A stretch of 37,953 nt of DNA, taken from contig JBEWZL010000083.1 in NCBI GenBank assembly GCA_045837725.1, positions 248,001-285,953 on the forward strand, written 5' to 3'. The stretch is from Vermamoeba vermiformis (lineage: Eukaryota). The notes under the pieces were generated by a model that saw only the letters and a list, made by a program, of their open reading frames with translations, ran no database searches and had not been told where the DNA came from. Below are positions 36,988 to 37,953 of the stretch, one piece after another (positions within the stretch are counted from its first letter, which is position 1; every line of letters starts with the position of its first letter). The translations under genes were made by a program, and so were the position numbers.

Positions 36988-37953
36988 TTACATTAGTAAC
37001 AAGTGTAAGTTAAGTTGGCCGGATGGACGCACCAAATCTGGATCGCTGATTAAGAGGGCTTGACGTAATTCAGCAGCTGCCCACCAGTTAAAAGCTCCAA
37101 TACCAATATCCTTGGGTCCAATTACATTGACTTCAACTTGTTTCCAACGATCTGTTGAGGGTGGTTCCTCCTGCGGAAGTAGCTCTGGGGTGAAGCAGGA
37201 ACCTCCAGAGGGGATACGCATTGCACCTGCACCTGCAGTCAATGTCCCTACTTCAAATTTGATTATTTTGGCTCGTTTTCCAGTACGGAGCAACACTGAT
37301 GGTTGCCTGTAAACTCGTATGAAAATAGATCTGAAGTCCAACCATCTCCATTCATTGAACTTGACAATTGCAGTGTGGCTATCAGTGTATCGATGTATGT
37401 AGTTATCCATGTACGTGAAGTATACTCGCACTATCCGCACCAGGTTTGCAATCCCACCACAGGCACCAATGACTTCGGTAAAGAGCATCCAAGGGCGTAC
37501 TGAGAACTGCTCAAACAAGAGCAGGCTAATCTCAGAAGCAGAGTAGCTACCAATGCCATTGAACAGCGATTGATTGAGTAACGCATGGTGAAGTGAGGCA
37601 AGCTGAAAGATAAAACGGTCGGTTAGGTGCAGGTGCAGGTGCAGGTGCAGGTGCAGAAGTTTGTACCTTGAAGTATTTAGGATACTGAGTTATGGCTGCC
37701 TCCAAATATTGTTCAAAGTGATTACAATCGAGTATATCAGGGCCACGGTTATCTTCAAATGCAGGCTGATCTGGTTGTAAGTATTTAAAGGTTGCTTGAT
37801 TACGAAAACTGTTGCAGTCTATCATAAAAATTGCTTCATCCCCATCTAATTCGAATATCATGCTTGTTCGGTCATTCATTGGGTAGTTTTTGATATCAGA
37901 AATATCTCCAATGTAGAAATTGGCGCCTTGTCCCATACTAAATCGGATCTTAC
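36988..37953 (-). CDS. Fpg/Nei family (NEIL1-like) DNA glycosylase/AP lyase homologue, 5'-truncated by the window edge
   Basis: Removing intron 37603-37666 fuses the two ORFs and creates ALLNQSLFNGIGSYSASEI, an H2TH motif (cf. NEIL1 ALLDQRFFNGIGNYLRAEI). Also IRFSMGQGANF (cf. FRFGMSGSF), RGPDIL (cf. RGPCVL) and IRVYR. Confidence 0.75.

Larger units (their letters stand above)
29672..37655. repeat. Dispersed (GCACCT)n / (AGGTGC)n hexamer tracts
   Basis: Tracts near 29672, 29853, 30234, 30841, 31840, 32986 (reverse), 35134, 36715-36737, 37222 and 37625 (reverse). No tandem tract was noticed in 1-27 kb. Confidence 0.9.
27870..37953. mobile_element. Putative large cargo-carrying mobile or virus-like element (one end only; class undetermined, Helitron-like terminus possible)
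   Basis: Abrupt switch to repeat arrays, an element-restricted (GCACCT)n motif, orphan genes plus SET, Nei and F-box/ankyrin-like cargo, and CpG decay in and beside it. No mobility gene in the window. The left boundary is approximate. Confidence 0.55.

Noticed and set aside
37625-37655. APAPAP linker in ORF 37547-37936
   Set aside because: It falls inside the inferred intron 37603-37666, so it is probably not translated.

Overview
Eukaryotic, intron-rich protist DNA. Introns are short (about 40-120 nt, GT-AG) with CTAAC/CTAAT branch points. An amoebozoan-like host is plausible but cannot be established from the sequence. Bases 1-27.3 kb are a compact host gene neighbourhood: a CpG-depleted Crinkler-like NTPase/REase fragment, spastin, a large Cys-rich 7TM receptor, a GH129/DUF5696-like GPI-anchored glycosidase, a Gfo/Idh/MocA oxidoreductase, a small GPI protein, malonyl-CoA:ACP transacylase, a PX-C2-C2-PDAT/LCAT acyltransferase and a cytochrome P450. 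From about 27.9 kb to the window end the sequence changes character and looks like one end of a large cargo-carrying mobile element or endogenised virus-like element. It starts with about 3 kb of non-coding palindromic repeat arrays, including 21 copies of CGTCAGAC-N-GTCTGACG. Tightly packed spliced genes follow: an F-box/ankyrin-like protein, a Zn-finger+SET methyltransferase, three orphans and an Fpg/Nei (NEIL1-like) DNA glycosylase that is only recognisable after removing an intron. The region also has a candidate ~290-nt structured RNA and a (GCACCT)n tag at most gene boundaries. CpG decay in the arrays and in the adjoining half of the P450 suggests 5mC silencing. The leading hypothesis is a mobile element carrying its own chromatin/DNA-modifying (anti-silencing) module. 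No transposase, Rep/helicase or capsid gene is visible in the window. Gene models were spliced by eye and no database searches were run.
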